A stretch of 64,000 nucleotides of DNA from Armatimonadota bacterium (GCA_037443365.1 JBBIOM010000007.1:1-64000), one strand, 5' to 3'; counted from the first letter of the stretch, positions 9,037-19,446 are shown. Notes: generated by a model from the letters alone, not told the origin. A program made the numbers and translations.

Positions 9037-10172
9037 CGACGGCGACGCGGGCCGCGCGCGTCCTGGCCACCGGACTAGCCGCGATTACCCTGGTTGTAGC
9101 CGGGATCGCCGCCGGGGCCTTTGCGCGCATGCATCGTCCGGAACCGATCGCACAAGGGGTCGGTGTGACGCGCCGGAGTACGCTGGCCGCCTACGAACCC
9201 TCGCTGGCGCGGACCTCGGGCGACACCGAGGTCTTCTTCCTGGACGGCGGGCGGCCCGGCGGCATCGTGCTCGTGCTGGGCGGAACACACCCCAACGAGC
9301 CCGCTGGCTACCTGACGGCGGTGCTGCTCGTAGAGCGCGCGCGCATCGGGTCGGGCCGGCTGATAGTGGTCCCGCGCGCCAACGGCAGCGCCTTCACCCA
9401 CAACGATCCCCAGGAGGGTGCTCCGCAGACGTACCAGATCCCCACGCCGGGCGGCCCGCGATCCTTCCGGTTCGGATCGCGCAACACCAACCCGGTGGAT
9501 CAGTGGCCCGATCCCGATGTCTACGTGCATGCCTCGTCGGGTCAGCGCCTCTCGGGTTCCGAGGTGCGCAATCTCAACCGGGCCTTTCCAGGACGCGGGG
9601 ACGGGACCTTCACCGAGCGGATCGCCCTGGGCATCGCCGCCCTCATCCGCCGGGAGCAGGTGGACCTCGTCATTGACCTGCACGAGGCCTCGCCCGAGTA
9701 CCCGGTCATCAACGCCATCGTCGCGCACGAGCGGGCGATGCCTCTGGCAGCCGCGGTGCTGCTCGAGATGCAGATGGCGGGGATCCAGATCTCGCTGGAG
9801 GCATCGCCCGTAAACCTGCGGGGACTCAGCCATCGTGAGCTGGGCGACCACACGCCCGCGCTGGCGGTGCTGATGGAGACGCCCAATCCCGCGCAGGGCC
9901 GCATCCGGGGCCGTACGGACGCTCGCCTGGTCGTGGAGGGCCGCGATCCTGTGTATGAGCGCGCCGCGCGTGCCGGACGGCTCTTCGTGCCTTTCGATGT
10001 GGGCGGATGGCCGATCGAGGCGCGCGTGGCACGGCACCTGACCGGCATCGTGCTGTTCGCGCGCCTGCTGGGTGACGCCAGGCCGGGCCGAGGCGTAGTC
10101 ATCGAGGGGGTGCCGGAAGCCGATGCCCTCCGGCGCGACGGCCTGGGCGCCTATCTCCGGCCTCCCCTGTAG
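9033..10172 (+). CDS. succinylglutamate desuccinylase/aspartoacylase (M14) family deacylase, N-terminally membrane anchored
   Basis: [10 protein letters not shown] (HxxE), [17 protein letters not shown] motifs. Confidence 0.85.
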   Translation: MTTATRAARVLATGLAAITLVVAGIAAGAFARMHRPEPIAQGVGVTRRSTLAAYEPSLARTSGDTEVFFLDGGRPGGIVLVLGGTHPNEPAGYLTAVLLVERARIGSGRLIVVPRANGSAFTHNDPQEGAPQTYQIPTPGGPRSFRFGSRNTNPVDQWPDPDVYVHASSGQRLSGSEVRNLNRAFPGRGDGTFTERIALGIAALIRREQVDLVIDLHEASPEYPVINAIVAHERAMPLAAAVLLEMQMAGIQISLEASPVNLRGLSHRELGDHTPALAVLMETPNPAQGRIRGRTDARLVVEGRDPVYERAARAGRLFVPFDVGGWPIEARVARHLTGIVLFARLLGDARPGRGVVIEGVPEADALRRDGLGAYLRPPL

Positions 10173-10293
10173 GAAGGGGTGCGGCTATTCAGGTCTCGAA
10201 CCGATGCGGCCCTGGCGGCCGGCTGGTACCGTCAGTCTCGGTGAGAACCACTCCTGTGCCCGTTGGAGCCAATTTTCGAAGGAGGCGATCCTG

Positions 10294-11577
10294 GTGGCAA
10301 CCGTGAAGTACACCCGCGAGGAAGCACTCGAGTACCACGCTCAAGGCCGGCCCGGCAAGATCGCGATCACCCTGACGAAACCGTGCGCCACGCAGCGCGA
10401 CCTCACGCTGGCGTATTCCCCGGGCGTGGCTGAGCCGGTGCGCGCGATTCATGCCAATCCCGCCGACGCGTTCAAGTACACCAACAGGGGCAACCTGGTC
10501 GCCGTCATAAGCAACGGAACGGCCATCCTCGGATTGGGCAACCTGGGGCCTTTGGCCAGCAAGCCGGTAATGGAGGGCAAGGCACTGCTCTTCAAGCGCT
10601 TCGCGGACGTTGATGCCTTTGACATCGAGATTGACGCCACGACCCCCGAGGAGATCATCGCCGTATCGCGCGCACTGGCGCCGACGTTTGGTGGCATCAA
10701 CCTCGAGGACATCAAGGCCCCCGAGTGCTTCGAGGTCGAGGAGCGTCTCATCCAGGAGTTGGACATCCCGGTCTTCCACGACGATCAGCACGGCACCGCC
10801 ATCATAGGCGGGGGGGCACTGCTCAACGGCCTGGAGATGACGGGCCGGCGGATCGAGGATGTCCGGTGCGTGATAAGCGGAGCCGGAGCCTCGGCGATCG
10901 CCTGCGGCGAGTTCTTCGTGCTCATGGGCGCGAAGCGCGAGAACATCATCCTGGTTGACACCAAGGGCGTGGTCTACAAGGGCCGGACCGAGGGGATGAA
11001 CCCCTACAAGGCGCGGTTCGCGATCGAGACCAAGGCCCGCACACTGGCCGATGCCATGGTGGACGCCGACCTGTTCTACGGCCTCTCGGTGAAGGGCCTG
11101 GTCACGCAGGACATGGTGAAGCGCATGGCTCCCAGGCCCATCCTGTTCCCGATGGCCAACCCCGATCCGGAGATCCCCTACGACGAGGCGCGCGCGGCCA
11201 GGCCCGACGCGATCGTGGGCACCGGGCGCTCCGACTTTCCCAACCAGGTCAACAACGTACTGGGCTTTCCCTTCATCTTCCGTGGGGCGCTCGATGTGCG
11301 CGCCAGCAAGATCAACGAGGAGATGAAGATGGCCGCCGCGCGCGCGCTGGCCGCCCTGGCCAAGGAGCCGGTGCCCGAGGGCGTGCTGCGTGCCTACGGT
11401 CTGACCAGCCTGGAGTTCGGGCAGGAATACGTGATCCCCAAGCCCAACGACCCGCGCGTGGCGCTGTGGGTGGCCCCGGCCGTGGCCGAGGCAGCGATGA
11501 AGTCGGGCGTGGCCCGCGTGCAGGTGGATCTGGCGAAGTACCGCCAGGAGCTGGCTGCGCGCCTGGGGCAGTCCTAG
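10294..11577 (+). CDS. NAD(P)-dependent malic enzyme, MaeB-type catalytic domain without the PTA domain
   Basis: [67 protein letters not shown] before GTG 10294. Confidence 0.92.
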   Translation: MATVKYTREEALEYHAQGRPGKIAITLTKPCATQRDLTLAYSPGVAEPVRAIHANPADAFKYTNRGNLVAVISNGTAILGLGNLGPLASKPVMEGKALLFKRFADVDAFDIEIDATTPEEIIAVSRALAPTFGGINLEDIKAPECFEVEERLIQELDIPVFHDDQHGTAIIGGGALLNGLEMTGRRIEDVRCVISGAGASAIACGEFFVLMGAKRENIILVDTKGVVYKGRTEGMNPYKARFAIETKARTLADAMVDADLFYGLSVKGLVTQDMVKRMAPRPILFPMANPDPEIPYDEARAARPDAIVGTGRSDFPNQVNNVLGFPFIFRGALDVRASKINEEMKMAAARALAALAKEPVPEGVLRAYGLTSLEFGQEYVIPKPNDPRVALWVAPAVAEAAMKSGVARVQVDLAKYRQELAARLGQS

Positions 11578-11601
11578 GCAGTTCCACTAGATCGTGCTCT
11601 T

Positions 11602-11633
11602 GCGCAGGGCCCGGGATCCCCCGGGCCCTGTGC
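11602..11633. terminator. GC-rich hairpin between convergent genes
   Basis: GCGCAGGGCCCGGG-ATCC-CCCGGGCCCTGTGC. Confidence 0.6.
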
Positions 11634-11634
11634 G

Positions 11635-13200
11635 CTATCGGGTTCGCTCGGGCTCCCAGCCGTAGACAGGGAGGATGTCCACCGGCGCGTAGTCATCCGT
11701 GAGAACAGGGACGTCGTCGGTGTACACCTTGCCGTCATAGAAGTCCCTGGCGTAGCGATCGAGCGGCAGGCGCGCGCGCCCCCCTGCGCGCAGGCGCTGC
11801 GCGACCGCCAGGATCTCCTCGGCCGATATCCCGGCGCGCGCGCCCGCGACCAGGATGATCGTGCGTGTCTCGGTGGGGTTGCGGGCCAGGCCGAACGCCG
11901 TCGGGAACGGGTAGAGCCCGGGGAAGACCCGGGCATAGGTCCGATACAACGCGCGAAACAGCCGGCTCTGCGGGCCCTCCAGGGCGCCGATGATGTTGGA
12001 GACGACGACTCCGCCGGGGGCCAACCTGCCCCTGGCCGTCTCGAGGAACTCGCGCGTGGCCAGATGGAAGGGTATCCCCTCGGCGAAGTAGGCGTCCAGG
12101 ATGATCAGGTCGTACCGCGCCTCGGTTCTGCGCATGAACACGCGCCCGTCCTGGATCACCACGCGGTGGCGCGCGTCTTCCTTCACCTCGAAGAACCGCC
12201 TTGCCACGTCGGCCACCGCGGGGTCGAGCTCGATGCTATCCACGCTCATGTCGGGGTAGTCGCGCGTGAACCGCTTGGGGATCGAGCCCGCGCCCAGGCC
12301 CACGAGCAGCACGCGCCTGATGGCCGGGTGGAAGACGTGCGCCAGGTGCGCGTACGATGTGTAGAGGAACGGGCTCTCGAACGGGTCACGCAGGACCATC
12401 CCGCCCTGAAACGACCGGTTGAACCGGAGGTAGCGGTTGAGGCCGTCCTCCGTGACGCTGATCTGGTGATAGGCGCTGTCCTTCTCGTAGAGGACGCGCG
12501 AGGTCGGGAGCTTGATCGGCGCCCCCTGTAGCGGCGGCGCGACCAGCAGCGCAAGGGCCAGCGTCGCCATCCCCGCAACGGGGCGGACCGGCCGCGCCCG
12601 TGCGGCGACCAGCATGCCCGCGAGCACCAGCAGCGTGCCGCCCAGCAGACACAGGATCGTTCGCACTCCCAGCGCGGGGATCAGGAAGAAGGCGGTGCCG
12701 ACGGTGCCGGCTATGCTCCCGGCCGTGGAGAGCGCGTAGAGCACGCCGGCGCTCGCGCCGACCGTGTTGAGATCCCTCGCCACCAGCTTGATGGCGAACG
12801 GCGAGGTCATGCCCATCAGCACGCTGGGGACCGAGAAGAGCGCGATCGAGGCCAGCATCGGGTTGAGCCGCGGTCCCAGGTCCCACGCGTCGAACGCCAC
12901 AAGAACCGGGCGCGCCACCACTATGAGCGCCAGTATCGTCAGGCCCGCCAGCATGAGCAGCCCCGCCAGCACGGTGGGCTTGGGCCAACGGTCGGCCATC
13001 AAGCCGCCCAGGTAGTAGCCCAGGCTCAGCGCTCCCAGGAAGATGCTGATCAGCCCGCCCCAGACGAAGACCGAGCTCCCGAAGAACGGCGCGACCAGGC
13101 GGCTCCCCACGATCTCGAGGCCCATAAACACGGCGCCGCTTCCAAACACGACGATGCGCAATACCACCGAAGCGCCTCCCGCGGTAACGAAGATGGTCAT
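11635..13200 (-). CDS. membrane-fused spermidine synthase-like SAM-dependent transferase
   Basis: N-terminal TM domain (SGAVFMGLEIVGSRL, YALSTAGSIAGT); C-terminal VGLGAGS, ELDP, DGR, LDAY, LTDDYAPV. Confidence 0.85.
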   Translation of the reverse strand: MTIFVTAGGASVVLRIVVFGSGAVFMGLEIVGSRLVAPFFGSSVFVWGGLISIFLGALSLGYYLGGLMADRWPKPTVLAGLLMLAGLTILALIVVARPVLVAFDAWDLGPRLNPMLASIALFSVPSVLMGMTSPFAIKLVARDLNTVGASAGVLYALSTAGSIAGTVGTAFFLIPALGVRTILCLLGGTLLVLAGMLVAARARPVRPVAGMATLALALLVAPPLQGAPIKLPTSRVLYEKDSAYHQISVTEDGLNRYLRFNRSFQGGMVLRDPFESPFLYTSYAHLAHVFHPAIRRVLLVGLGAGSIPKRFTRDYPDMSVDSIELDPAVADVARRFFEVKEDARHRVVIQDGRVFMRRTEARYDLIILDAYFAEGIPFHLATREFLETARGRLAPGGVVVSNIIGALEGPQSRLFRALYRTYARVFPGLYPFPTAFGLARNPTETRTIILVAGARAGISAEEILAVAQRLRAGGRARLPLDRYARDFYDGKVYTDDVPVLTDDYAPVDILPVYGWEPERTR

Positions 13201-13250
13201 TCACTCTTCGCGCTTGCCCGCGGCCGGGCCTTCTGCGAGGGCGGCCGGGT

Positions 13251-13259
13251 TGGTATACT
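13251..13259 (+). promoter_or_regulatory. extended -10 promoter for pyk (possibly leaderless)
   Basis: TGG-TATACT ending 5 nt before ATG 13265. Confidence 0.55.
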
Positions 13260-13264
13260 TCGGG

Positions 13265-14701
13265 ATGATTCCAACCATGGGCAGTCTGCGCAGGACGAAG
13301 ATCGTGGCCACGCTCGGGCCCGCATCTGAGGAGCCCGAGACCATCCGCAAGATGGTCGGTGCGGGCGTGAACGTTGTGCGCCTGAACTTCTCCCACGGCA
13401 CGCCCGATGAACATGCGCGCCGCCTGGAGCGCGCGCGAGCGGCCGCCACTGAGATGGGAGTGCCGCTCGGTGTGCTCGTGGACCTTCCCGGCGCCAAGAT
13501 CCGCGTGGGCGACCTGCCCGGCGGCGCCCTGGACCTGAAGACTTGTGACGAGGTAGCCCTCGTCCCAGGCCGCACTGCCTGTGGAGGCACGATACCCGTG
13601 GACTATGCGAGCCTGACCGAGGACGTGCGCCCGGGCCAGCACGTCTTCATGCAGGACGGCGAGCTCGACCTGGTTGCAAGGAGCGTGGCCGAGGGCCGGG
13701 TTAACTGCGCCGTCGAGTTCGGGGGGCGCCTGCGACAGCACGCCGGGGTGAACCTGCCTGGTGTGAGCCTGCGCATGCCCGCGCTGACCGGGGACGACCG
13801 GGCGGCCCTGGCCTGGGGGATTGCCCAGGGCGCCGACTTCGCCGCCCTGTCGTTCATCGAGAGCGCGGCGGGTGTTGAACAGGCGCGGCGGTGGATCGGG
13901 GAGCGCGGCGGGACGATCCGGCTCGTGGCCAAGATCGAGCGCCGCTGCGCCCTCGAACGCATAGAGGAGATCGTCGCATCCGCAGACGGCGTGATGATCG
14001 CCCGGGGCGATCTGGCCGTGGAGACCTCGATAGAAGAGGTGCCTCTCGCCCAGAAGTCCATCATCGGCTTGTGCAACCAGCAGGGGAAGCCGGTCATCAC
14101 CGCGACGCAGATGCTCGAGAGCATGGCGATCCGCCCGCGGCCCACGCGGGCCGAGGCCGCGGACGTGGCCAACGCGGTGCTTGACGGCACCGACGCGCTG
14201 ATGCTCTCGGGCGAGACGGCCATTGGACGGCACCCGGTCGCATCGGTCGCGACAATGGCCGCGATCGCGGCGCGCGCCGAGGACGCGCTGCCGTACGAGC
14301 GGCTGCTCGGCAGGCACGCGCACGAGCGGACCGGCGACGCCGGCGCGGCGATAGCGCTGGCCGCCGTCCAGGCCGCGGAGGCGATTGGTGCCGCCGTCAT
14401 CATCGCCGCGACAGGGTCAGGCAGCACCGCGCGCAGGGTGTCGCGGCTGCGCCCAAGGCGCCCGGTCGTCGCGGTGACGCACACCGCACAGACGCTGCGC
14501 CACCTTTCGCTTGTCTGGGGCGTCTGGCCGGTGCTCGTGGAACGCGCCAGCGACATCGAGGCGCTCGCGGAGTGCGGCATTCGCGCCGCGCTGCGGCTTG
14601 GCATAGCGCGTCCCGGTGATCGGGCAGTGATCACCGCGGGACTCCCAATCGGCCAGCCCGGAACGACCAACTTCCTCAAGGTCGCGAGGGTAGAGGAGTA
14701 G
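13265..14701 (+). CDS. pyk: pyruvate kinase
   Basis: RRTKIVATLGPAS, RLNFSHG, AKIE, MIARGDL, TATQMLESM, DALMLSGETA; start 13265 or 13277. Confidence 0.96.
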   Translation: MIPTMGSLRRTKIVATLGPASEEPETIRKMVGAGVNVVRLNFSHGTPDEHARRLERARAAATEMGVPLGVLVDLPGAKIRVGDLPGGALDLKTCDEVALVPGRTACGGTIPVDYASLTEDVRPGQHVFMQDGELDLVARSVAEGRVNCAVEFGGRLRQHAGVNLPGVSLRMPALTGDDRAALAWGIAQGADFAALSFIESAAGVEQARRWIGERGGTIRLVAKIERRCALERIEEIVASADGVMIARGDLAVETSIEEVPLAQKSIIGLCNQQGKPVITATQMLESMAIRPRPTRAEAADVANAVLDGTDALMLSGETAIGRHPVASVATMAAIAARAEDALPYERLLGRHAHERTGDAGAAIALAAVQAAEAIGAAVIIAATGSGSTARRVSRLRPRRPVVAVTHTAQTLRHLSLVWGVWPVLVERASDIEALAECGIRAALRLGIARPGDRAVITAGLPIGQPGTTNFLKVARVEE

Positions 14702-14715
14702 GAGGAGGCAGACGA

Positions 14716-16434
14716 ATGGCACCTGCGGTGGACCTGGCGCAGGCCTTTCCCCGGCGCTTCGTTCCCGAGCGCGCGGACATGGGGCAGTGGGAGCAGATCG
14801 AGCCGTTGTTCCGGCGCCTGCTCGACGCGCAGCCCGACTCGCCGGGCGCGCTGGAACGGTGGCTGGAGGACGCAAGCGAGCTCCTATCCGCGATCCACGA
14901 GGAGGGTGCCCGCCGGTACGTGGCCATGACCTGCCAGACCGACGATCCGACCCGCGAGCAGGCTCACCTGTTCTTCATCGAGCAGATCGCTCCCCGGGTC
15001 AAACCGCTTTCCCACGCGCTCGACGAGGCCTACCTGCGCTCGCCGCACCGCGCCGCGCTGCCGGAGCGGTACGCGATGCTGGACCGGCTTATCTCTAATC
15101 GCGCGGCGCTCTTCCGGCCCGAGAACGTTCCCCTCGAGACCGAGGAGGCGAAACTCAAGCAGCAGTACCAGAAGACCGTGGGTGCCATGACGGTCGCCTT
15201 CCGGGGCAAGGAGCACACCCTGCAGCAGATGGCGCGCTATCTGGAGGAGCCCGATCGCTCCGTGCGCCAGGAGGCGTGGGAACTGGTCGCCCGCCGCCGC
15301 CTCCAGGACCGTGACCGGCTGGAAGACCTCTTCGATGAGCTCCTTGCGCTGCGCGTGCGGATAGCGCAGAACGCCGGCTGCGCCGACTACCGCGAGTTCG
15401 CGTTCCGGCAGCGCGAGCGCTTTGACTACACGCCGCAGGACTGCCTCGTGTTTCACGAGGCAGTCGAGACAACGGTACTGCCGCTCGTCCGGCGGCTGCG
15501 CTCCGAGCGGAGGCGGTCGCTGGGCCTACCGGAGCTGCGACCGTGGGACCTCGAGGTGGACCCGCTCGGCCGGCCGCCCCTTCGGCCGTTTGAGACATCC
15601 GAGCAGCTGGCCTCTGGGGTGGAGCGGATATTCTCGCTTGTCGATCCCGAGCTGGGCGAGCAGTTCCGCTTCCTGAGGGACGCCTCGCTGCTGGACCTGG
15701 AGAGCCGGAAGGGCAAGGCCCCGGGAGGATATCAGAGCACGCTGTACGAGCGCCGCGTTCCGTTCATCTTCATGAACGCGGTGGGCATGGATGGCGACCT
15801 GCGCACCCTGCTGCACGAGGGCGGGCACGCGTTTCACATGCTCGCCGCCCGCGCCGACCCCATACTCGACTACCGCGACTCCCCGCTCGAGTTCGCCGAG
15901 GTCGCCTCGATGGCGATGGAGATGCTCGCCAGCCCACACCTGGATGTGTTCTACTCCTCGCAGGCAGACGCGCGGCGCGCGCACCGCGAGCAGATAGAGC
16001 GCACCGTGTTCATCTTTCCCTGGGTGGCTACCATTGACGCGTTTCAGCACTGGATCTACACGCATCCCGCGCACTCACGCGACCAGCGCCGCGGGGAGTG
16101 GGCACGGATCCTTGCGCAGTTCTCACCCGAGGTGGACATGCGCGGGTACGAGGACGTGGCCGGCTACCTGTGGCACCGGCAGCTGCACCTGTTCCTCGCC
16201 CCCTTCTACTACATCGAGTACGGCATCGCCCAGATGGGCGCCCTGCAGGTGTGGCTGCGCGCCGGGAGCGACAGGGCCGGGGCTATTGCGCGCTATCGCG
16301 CGGCGCTGGCGCTGGGCGGACGCGTACCCCTGCCCGCGCTCTTCGAGGCGGCGGGCGCCCAGTTCGATTTCTCGGCCCGCATAATGGGCCCGCTGATGGC
16401 GGCGCTTTCCGAGGCGCTCGACGAGGCCGGCTAG
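14716..16434 (+). CDS. M3B oligoendopeptidase F family
   Basis: RKGKAPGGY, LLHEGGHAFH (HExxH), EFAEVAS, PFYYIEYGIAQ. Confidence 0.92.
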   Translation: MAPAVDLAQAFPRRFVPERADMGQWEQIEPLFRRLLDAQPDSPGALERWLEDASELLSAIHEEGARRYVAMTCQTDDPTREQAHLFFIEQIAPRVKPLSHALDEAYLRSPHRAALPERYAMLDRLISNRAALFRPENVPLETEEAKLKQQYQKTVGAMTVAFRGKEHTLQQMARYLEEPDRSVRQEAWELVARRRLQDRDRLEDLFDELLALRVRIAQNAGCADYREFAFRQRERFDYTPQDCLVFHEAVETTVLPLVRRLRSERRRSLGLPELRPWDLEVDPLGRPPLRPFETSEQLASGVERIFSLVDPELGEQFRFLRDASLLDLESRKGKAPGGYQSTLYERRVPFIFMNAVGMDGDLRTLLHEGGHAFHMLAARADPILDYRDSPLEFAEVASMAMEMLASPHLDVFYSSQADARRAHREQIERTVFIFPWVATIDAFQHWIYTHPAHSRDQRRGEWARILAQFSPEVDMRGYEDVAGYLWHRQLHLFLAPFYYIEYGIAQMGALQVWLRAGSDRAGAIARYRAALALGGRVPLPALFEAAGAQFDFSARIMGPLMAALSEALDEAG

Positions 16435-16453
16435 CCCTCGCCGGTCATCAGTG

Positions 16454-17464
16454 CTACCTGAGCCCGGCCAGGATGGCGCGCCACACTTCGGCGCGGCGCC
16501 CCGGAACCAGCGGCTCGTAGATCCCGAGGCGGTCAGCGAGCCCACCGTACTCGGCGCGCAGCCGGGCGGCGACATCGTCCGGCGGGCCCCAGACCGAGCA
16601 CGCCTCCAGCATGTCGTCGGGGATCTGGCCGGGCATCTCCTGCCACCTTCCCTGGGCAGCGAGCCGGCCCAGCTGCTCTCCAACCTCGCCCCAACCGTGC
16701 AGGTCCAGGACCGGCCGGTACGCGGGCGTGGATGCATAGAAGGACAGATGCCGCCGGACGTCCTGCAGACCCGCCCGTACCTCGGCTTCGTTCCCGACCG
16801 CGGCAAGCACGCCGGCGGCGACGCTGAAGTGCTCGCGTGGTCGGCCGCTTCGGGCCAGGCCGGCCGCTATGCCAGGGGCCGCCACCTCGCGGAGATAGCG
16901 GCGCGTGTGGAACGGGTGGACGTGGAAGCCGTCGGCGACCTCGCCGGCCAGGCGGCACATGCGCGGGCCCACGCCGGCGATCTCTATGCGCAGGGCGGGC
17001 GGTGTCGGGCCCGGGGGCGTGAAGAACGGCGTCATGAGCGACAGGTTGAAGTACCTGCCGCGGAACCGCAGCGGTCGGCGCTCGCTCCACGCCGCCCACA
17101 CCTCGCGGATCGCTCCGATCACCTCGCGCATCTTGGGCGCGGGCGGGTCCCACGGCATCCCGAAGCGGCGCGTGATGTGCGCCTTGACCTGGGTGCCCAG
17201 CCCCAGCACGAACCGCCCGCCTGAGAGGGCGGACAGGTCCCAGGAGGTGTACGCGAGGGTGGTGGGGCTCCGGGTGAAGGCCAGGGCGACGGAGGTGCCC
17301 AGCGTGATCCGCGTGGATGCGGCCGCGGCGGCCCCAATTCCAAGGAACGGGTCGTGGTCGGTCTCCGTGACCCACATTCCATCGAAGCCCAGGCGTTCCG
17401 CTTCCCCGACGATGGCCGGGACCTCGCGGAGCGATGCGTAGACCAGGCGCGTGTCGACCAGCAT
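16454..17464 (-). CDS. LLM-class probable F420-dependent oxidoreductase (TIGR03617-like)
   Basis: ETDHDPF, AFTRSP, LGLGTQVKAHITRRFGMPW, LMTPFF, HPF, FYASTPAY; GGGAGG RBS before ATG 17464. Confidence 0.85.
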   Translation of the reverse strand: MLVDTRLVYASLREVPAIVGEAERLGFDGMWVTETDHDPFLGIGAAAAASTRITLGTSVALAFTRSPTTLAYTSWDLSALSGGRFVLGLGTQVKAHITRRFGMPWDPPAPKMREVIGAIREVWAAWSERRPLRFRGRYFNLSLMTPFFTPPGPTPPALRIEIAGVGPRMCRLAGEVADGFHVHPFHTRRYLREVAAPGIAAGLARSGRPREHFSVAAGVLAAVGNEAEVRAGLQDVRRHLSFYASTPAYRPVLDLHGWGEVGEQLGRLAAQGRWQEMPGQIPDDMLEACSVWGPPDDVAARLRAEYGGLADRLGIYEPLVPGRRAEVWRAILAGLR

Positions 17465-17616
17465 ATCGCCCTCCCGCTGCGTGCATGCCAGCGCAGGAGC
17501 ATTCACCGCCCGGGGAGGAGTTCCCCCTGCGGCGACGAACGTATAGGACTCATGAGAGAGGCCGGAGGGAAGAAAGCCCTGGGGGAGGGTGGTCGGCGCA
17601 CCGAACGCGGTGCCGC

Positions 17617-19422
17617 ATGCGCGCACGTGCACTGCTGATTCTGGCGGCCGTACTGGTCGCGGCATCGCCTGCCGCGGGCCAGACGGCGATACAGGTTGTG
17701 GTCAACGGGTCGCCGGCTCAGCTGGCCGCGCCTGCCCTGATGCAGGCCGGCCAGGTGATGATCCCGGCGACGCGCGTATTTGAGCTCTACGGCGCCGCCG
17801 CGGTCTGGCTGCCCGCGGAGCGCACGGTGCTCGTAACGAACCGCACGGGCCGAACGATTCAGATGCGGATCGGGGATCCGCTCGCGCTCGTGAACGGCCA
17901 GGCCAGGCACCTGCCCGCGCCAGCGGCGCTGATCGGCGGGCACGCGTACGTGCCGGCGCAGTTCGTCTTCGCGGCCCTGGGCGCCTGGGTCCGGTACGAC
18001 GAGGCCGTGCGCACCCTGCACGTCGCCTCCCAGATAATGTCGGTTACCTTGCAGCGCGGCGGCGGGGCCATCAGGGTTGTCCTCGACGCGACCGGCCCCC
18101 TGGTGGCTCAGATACGGACCCTGTCGGATCCCGACCGCCTGGTGGTTGACCTGCACGGCGGCGCGTTTCGTCCCCCTGATCAGGAACTGCAGGTTGCGGA
18201 AGCCGGCGTGGTGCGCGTGCGCGCCGCCCAGTTCCAGGTGAAGCCGTACATCACGCGCGTGGTCCTGGACCTGCGCGAGCCGGTAGAGGCGCGTACAATC
18301 GCCTCCGCCGACTCGTTTGAGTTCGCAATAGAGGTGAGGCCCCGCGGACAGGCGCCGGCAGTCCAGGCTCCTGCCACCCCGCCGGCCGTCGCCCCGCCGG
18401 CCGCCGCCCCGCCGCCACCCGCCGCCCCGCCGGCCTCCGTTCCCGCGCCTCTGCCTGCCACGGCACCGGCGCTCCCTCCTCTGCCCGAGCAGCCCGAGCA
18501 GACGGTCCTGCTGCCCCCCGAACCGATTCCTGATGACGGCATCCCGCGCGTGCTGCAGGTGCGCGTCGAGCAGACGTCCGGCCGCCTGCGCGTGTTCGTC
18601 GAGGGGACGATGCCGCTGGAGTACACGGTTCGCGAGCTGCTCGAGCCAGATCGCCTGGTGATTGACGTGGCCGGGGCGGTGTTCGTGCCGGTGAAGCAGG
18701 AGATCCCTCTGGCCGGCCCGGCCGTGGCCGAGGTGCGCGCAGCGCAGTTCCAGGCGGATCCCAACATTACGCGCGTGGTCGTGGAGTTCCGGCGCAAGAC
18801 CCAGTACACCGTGACAGCCGGCGGCGCCGACGGCAGCGTGATCCTGGTCGAGATCTCCGAACCGTCGCTGCGCGGGCATGCCGTGGCCATTGACGCCGGG
18901 CACGGCGGCCGGGACCCGGGAGCGATCGGAGTCACCGGCCTGTACGAGAAGGAGGTCACACTCGACATCGCGCTGCGCGTGCGCGAGTTGTTGGTGCGCA
19001 GTGGGGTGCGCGTGATAATGACGCGCGAGACCGACACCTTCGTTGAGCTGGCCGATCGAGCGCGCGCTGCGCGGGCCCAGGGCGCAACCGCCTTTGTCAG
19101 CATTCACGCCAACGCCGCGACCCGCCCGGGCGCCAGCGGGAGTGAGACATACTACCTGACCCCTCAGAGTCTTGTGCTCGCGCAGATGATGCAGGAGGAG
19201 CTGGGGCGGATCCAGGGGCTGGCCAACCGCGGCGTGCGCACGGCGAACTTCCAGGTGCTGCGCGAGAACGAGGCCCCGGCGGTGCTGGTCGAGGTGGCGT
19301 ACCTTTCCAACGCCGACGAGGAGGCCCGGCTGCGTGCGCCTGCCTTCCGGCAGCGCCTGGCCGAGGCGGTCGCGCGCGCGGTGCAACGTTTCCTCGTGAT
19401 CTACCCGGTACCCGCGAGCTAG
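17617..19422 (+). CDS. N-acetylmuramoyl-L-alanine amidase with copper-amine-oxidase N-terminal-like domain, two AMIN domains and Pro/Ala linker
   Basis: signal peptide; repeated PDRLVVD / VRAAQFQ..P.ITRVV AMIN motifs; IDAGHGGRDPGA, EKEVTL, FVSIHAN, LVEVAYLSN. Confidence 0.9.
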   Translation: MRARALLILAAVLVAASPAAGQTAIQVVVNGSPAQLAAPALMQAGQVMIPATRVFELYGAAAVWLPAERTVLVTNRTGRTIQMRIGDPLALVNGQARHLPAPAALIGGHAYVPAQFVFAALGAWVRYDEAVRTLHVASQIMSVTLQRGGGAIRVVLDATGPLVAQIRTLSDPDRLVVDLHGGAFRPPDQELQVAEAGVVRVRAAQFQVKPYITRVVLDLREPVEARTIASADSFEFAIEVRPRGQAPAVQAPATPPAVAPPAAAPPPPAAPPASVPAPLPATAPALPPLPEQPEQTVLLPPEPIPDDGIPRVLQVRVEQTSGRLRVFVEGTMPLEYTVRELLEPDRLVIDVAGAVFVPVKQEIPLAGPAVAEVRAAQFQADPNITRVVVEFRRKTQYTVTAGGADGSVILVEISEPSLRGHAVAIDAGHGGRDPGAIGVTGLYEKEVTLDIALRVRELLVRSGVRVIMTRETDTFVELADRARAARAQGATAFVSIHANAATRPGASGSETYYLTPQSLVLAQMMQEELGRIQGLANRGVRTANFQVLRENEAPAVLVEVAYLSNADEEARLRAPAFRQRLAEAVARAVQRFLVIYPVPAS

Positions 19423-19446
19423 CCTACAGGCCCAGGGGGGCGACCC

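Noticed and set aside
18349-18530. GCCCCGCCG-rich quasi-repeats
   Set aside because: They encode the Pro/Ala linker of the amidase; not a repeat array or mobile element.
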